This document shows, in pieces, positions 61,670 to 64,000 of a stretch of 64,000 nucleotides of DNA. The stretch's first letter is position 1. Every line of letters starts with the position of its first letter. A model generated the notes under the pieces. It worked only from the letters and a program-made list of their open reading frames with translations. It searched no databases and was not told the DNA's origin. A program made the position numbers and the translations under genes. Source of the stretch: a virus (Duplodnaviria > Caudoviricetes); IMG/VR virus record IMGVR_UViG_3300043077_000173, positions 46,259 through 110,258 of that record. One strand, 5' to 3'.

Positions 61670-62790
61670 AAGCAGAAGATTTATTTAATAGATTGATTGA
61701 AAAATATGATTTACCTAAAAATTCAAAAGACATCACTCCACCTAAACGGATTGAAATTAAAGGTAAAGGTGTTATTAAAAAACTTAAAAAAGTCAATGAT
61801 GAGGTTATTATTGAGCTTGAAGATAGAGCAAAGTATTATTCGAGATTTAATCAGGGCGTAGTTACAATAAACCTTGTTGATGTAGCTTGCTCATCAAAGA
61901 AAAATATGGACCTGTTCTGGTACATTTTAAATGATCGTTTAGAATTATGTCATAGAGCGTTAAGGGTACGTCATGAACATTTAAGAGGTGTTAAATCTGA
62001 TGTAGCACCAATTTTATGGCAACACGGAGCATTAGCTCGTTTACAACCGGGTGAAACTATTGATTCATTATTGTATAATGGTTATTCAACATTATCATTA
62101 GGATATGCTGGATTATATGAATGTGTTAAATATATGACTGGATATTCTCATACTGATGAAGAAAATGGTGGCAAAGAGTTTGCTATGAAGGTTATGAAAG
62201 CTTTAAATGAAGCTTGTGCTAAATGGAAGCAAGTAGAAAAGATTGATTATTCATTATATGGTACACCAATGGAATCCACTACATATAAATTTGCTAAATG
62301 CTTACAGAAACGCTTTGGCATTATTCAAGATGTTACGGATCATAACTACATTACCAATTCATATCACGTTAATGTTCGTGAAAATATTGATGCATTTAAA
62401 AAACTTGATTTTGAAGCTGATTTCCAACAATTATCACCTGGTGGAGCTATTTCATATGTTGAATTACCAGATATGCAAAACAATATTCCAGCAGTTCTTG
62501 AAGTCATCAAACATATCTATGACACAATTAGCTATGCTGAATTAAACACAAAGCAAGACTATTGTGAACATTGTGGCTATAATGGTGAGTTAGAAATAAC
62601 AAAAGATGAAGATGATAAAACAATTTGGAGATGCCCACAATGTGGATGTGGTGATGGAAGTGTTACAGGATCTGAGGCTGAAGATGCCAACCTGTTACAT
62701 CCAGTTCGTAGAGTATGCGGATACATTAGTTCAACCGTACCAAATGTTGGACGTTCTGAAGAAATAAGAGATCGTGTACTTCATCTGTAG
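61666..62790 (+). CDS. nrdD: anaerobic ribonucleotide reductase, C-terminal part (glycyl radical domain)
   Basis: RFNQGVVTINL, YGTPMEST, YITNSYHV, CEHC...CPQC, RRVCGY. Confidence 0.92.
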   Translation: MKAEDLFNRLIEKYDLPKNSKDITPPKRIEIKGKGVIKKLKKVNDEVIIELEDRAKYYSRFNQGVVTINLVDVACSSKKNMDLFWYILNDRLELCHRALRVRHEHLRGVKSDVAPILWQHGALARLQPGETIDSLLYNGYSTLSLGYAGLYECVKYMTGYSHTDEENGGKEFAMKVMKALNEACAKWKQVEKIDYSLYGTPMESTTYKFAKCLQKRFGIIQDVTDHNYITNSYHVNVRENIDAFKKLDFEADFQQLSPGGAISYVELPDMQNNIPAVLEVIKHIYDTISYAELNTKQDYCEHCGYNGELEITKDEDDKTIWRCPQCGCGDGSVTGSEAEDANLLHPVRRVCGYISSTVPNVGRSEEIRDRVLHL

Positions 62791-62793
62791 TTT

Positions 62794-63753
62794 ATGGGAA
62801 AGAAATTAACAAAAGACGAATTTATCAAAAGAGCTGTACTTATTCATCAGGATAAGTACAGCTATGATTCTGTAGTCTATGTCAATAATTACACGAAAGT
62901 AAAAATTTACTGTAAAGCTTGCCAGAAATATTTTGAGCAAACGCCTAAAAAACATTTAGAAGGATATGGTTGTCAAGAGTGTGGAAAAAAGTATTTTTCT
63001 GAAACTTACAAATACACAAGAGAGCAATTTGAAGAAAAAGCCCGTAAAATACATCATAATAAGTATAATTATAAAGATGTAGAATATACAGGAATATTTA
63101 ATAACGTAAAAATCTTTTGTAATGATTGTCAAAAAACTTTTATTCAAACGCCTCATAGTCATTTAGCTGGTCATGGATGTCCATATTGTCATAATAAAAA
63201 TACTTCAGAACGTTGTAGATCAAATACTGATGAATTTATACAAAAGGCTACTAAATTGTTTGGTAACACGTTTGATTATTCTTTAGTAAAGTATGAAACA
63301 AATCTTAAAAAAGTAAAGATTATATGTAATACTTGCCATAGAGAATTTGAACAACGTCCAACAAATCATTTATCTGGATATGGTTGTCCCTATTGTAAAA
63401 GTTCTAAAGGTGAACTTGTTGTTAAACAGTTTCTTGAAGATCATAGCATAGAATATATTAGACAGAAAAGATTTAATAATTGTAAGGATTTAAAGCCTCT
63501 ACCTTTTGATTTTTATCTTCCAACAAAAAATATTTGTATAGAATATCAAGGAGAACAGCATTTTAATAAACGCTTTTATTATGGAAAATATAAAGATGAA
63601 ATATTAGCAGAAGAAGCGTTTAACAAGCAATGCTCTCACGACAATATTAAGCGTGAATATTGTAAAATCAATGGTATAAAACTATTGACAATAAACTATA
63701 ATGATGATATAATAGAAAGACTAAGTAAGGAAATGATTGGAGCAAAGCAATGA
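62794..63753 (+). CDS. zinc-ribbon-repeat endonuclease (DUF723-like repeats + DUF559-like nuclease)
   Basis: Three KV.I.C..C...F.Q.P..HL.G.GC..C repeats; PLPFDFYLP...IEYQGEQH. Confidence 0.75.
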   Translation: MGKKLTKDEFIKRAVLIHQDKYSYDSVVYVNNYTKVKIYCKACQKYFEQTPKKHLEGYGCQECGKKYFSETYKYTREQFEEKARKIHHNKYNYKDVEYTGIFNNVKIFCNDCQKTFIQTPHSHLAGHGCPYCHNKNTSERCRSNTDEFIQKATKLFGNTFDYSLVKYETNLKKVKIICNTCHREFEQRPTNHLSGYGCPYCKSSKGELVVKQFLEDHSIEYIRQKRFNNCKDLKPLPFDFYLPTKNICIEYQGEQHFNKRFYYGKYKDEILAEEAFNKQCSHDNIKREYCKINGIKLLTINYNDDIIERLSKEMIGAKQ

Positions 63754-64000
63754 ATTACGCAAATATCAAATATTTAGATGTCGCTAATGGAATAGGACTA
63801 AGAACATCATTATTTGTTAGTGGTTGTAGGAACGGCTGCCCATTCTGTTTTAATAAAGCAGCTCAACTGTTTGATTATGGCAAAGAATATACCCAAGATG
63901 TTGAAAAGGAAATACTTGATTCTATAGAGTATTCGCATGTAAAAGGTTTATCAATTCTTGGTGGTGATCCTATGGAATTAGAGAATCAAGAAACCGTTTT
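63750..64000 (+). CDS. nrdG: anaerobic RNR activase, partial
   Basis: Hand-translated MNYANIKYLDVANGIGLRTSLFVSGCRNGCPFCFN...LSILGGDP. Confidence 0.92.
   Translation, partial: MNYANIKYLDVANGIGLRTSLFVSGCRNGCPFCFNKAAQLFDYGKEYTQDVEKEILDSIEYSHVKGLSILGGDPMELENQETV

Noticed and set aside
60830-61830. Group I intron in nrdD (and likewise in the polymerase)
   Set aside because: ORFs abut or overlap with their own SDs, leaving no non-coding space for a P3-P9 core; no such elements recognised.
958-63162. Numerous 60-120 aa ORFs nested in or antisense to long genes
   Set aside because: No SD or motifs; typical shadow ORFs of AT-rich DNA.
1-64000. Alternative genetic code (TAG/TGA/TAA reassignment)
   Set aside because: Coding density is high in code 11 and all three stops end conserved genes at the expected positions.
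1-64000. tRNA/rRNA genes and a diversity-generating retroelement
   Set aside because: No cloverleaf or T-loop signature found by eye in the short intergenic gaps; no reverse transcriptase or TR/VR pair.

Overview
AT-rich segment of a large T4-superfamily-like myophage, probably a jumbo phage with Rak2/GAP32-like gene content; it reads in the standard genetic code. Virion genes (sheath, tube, neck, gp15-like, gp6-like wedge, giant baseplate protein, tail fibre, chaperone) are scattered on both strands, mostly behind NATAAATA late promoters matched by a gp55-like sigma factor. They are interleaved with replication and nucleotide genes (family-B polymerase, clamp, RNase H, ThyX, GlyA, deaminase, NrdD/NrdG, NUDIX), ClpP, a DNA methyltransferase and about 8 free-standing endonuclease genes. 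Highlights: (1) a radical SAM/SPASM maturase translationally coupled to a 274-aa protein ending in a SCIFF/ranthipeptide-like (CQxx)n tail, plus a second late-promoter radical SAM gene; (2) essential genes in pieces: a terminase C-half led by an atypically split intein whose partner is outside the window, DNA polymerase split by an HNH gene and carrying a mini-intein, and NrdD split beside its catalytic Cys by a GIY-YIG gene; (3) an unannotated -1 frameshift in the tail chaperone; (4) an in-frame TAA in the baseplate wedge gene; (5) a Rep/prim-pol-like gene with an in-frame leader ORF, a start-occluding hairpin and a downstream array of AAAYCRTTT motifs that also sit in several sigma70 promoters; (6) a candidate small RNA and a 28-bp perfect palindrome. 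All family assignments come from motif recognition, not database searches.
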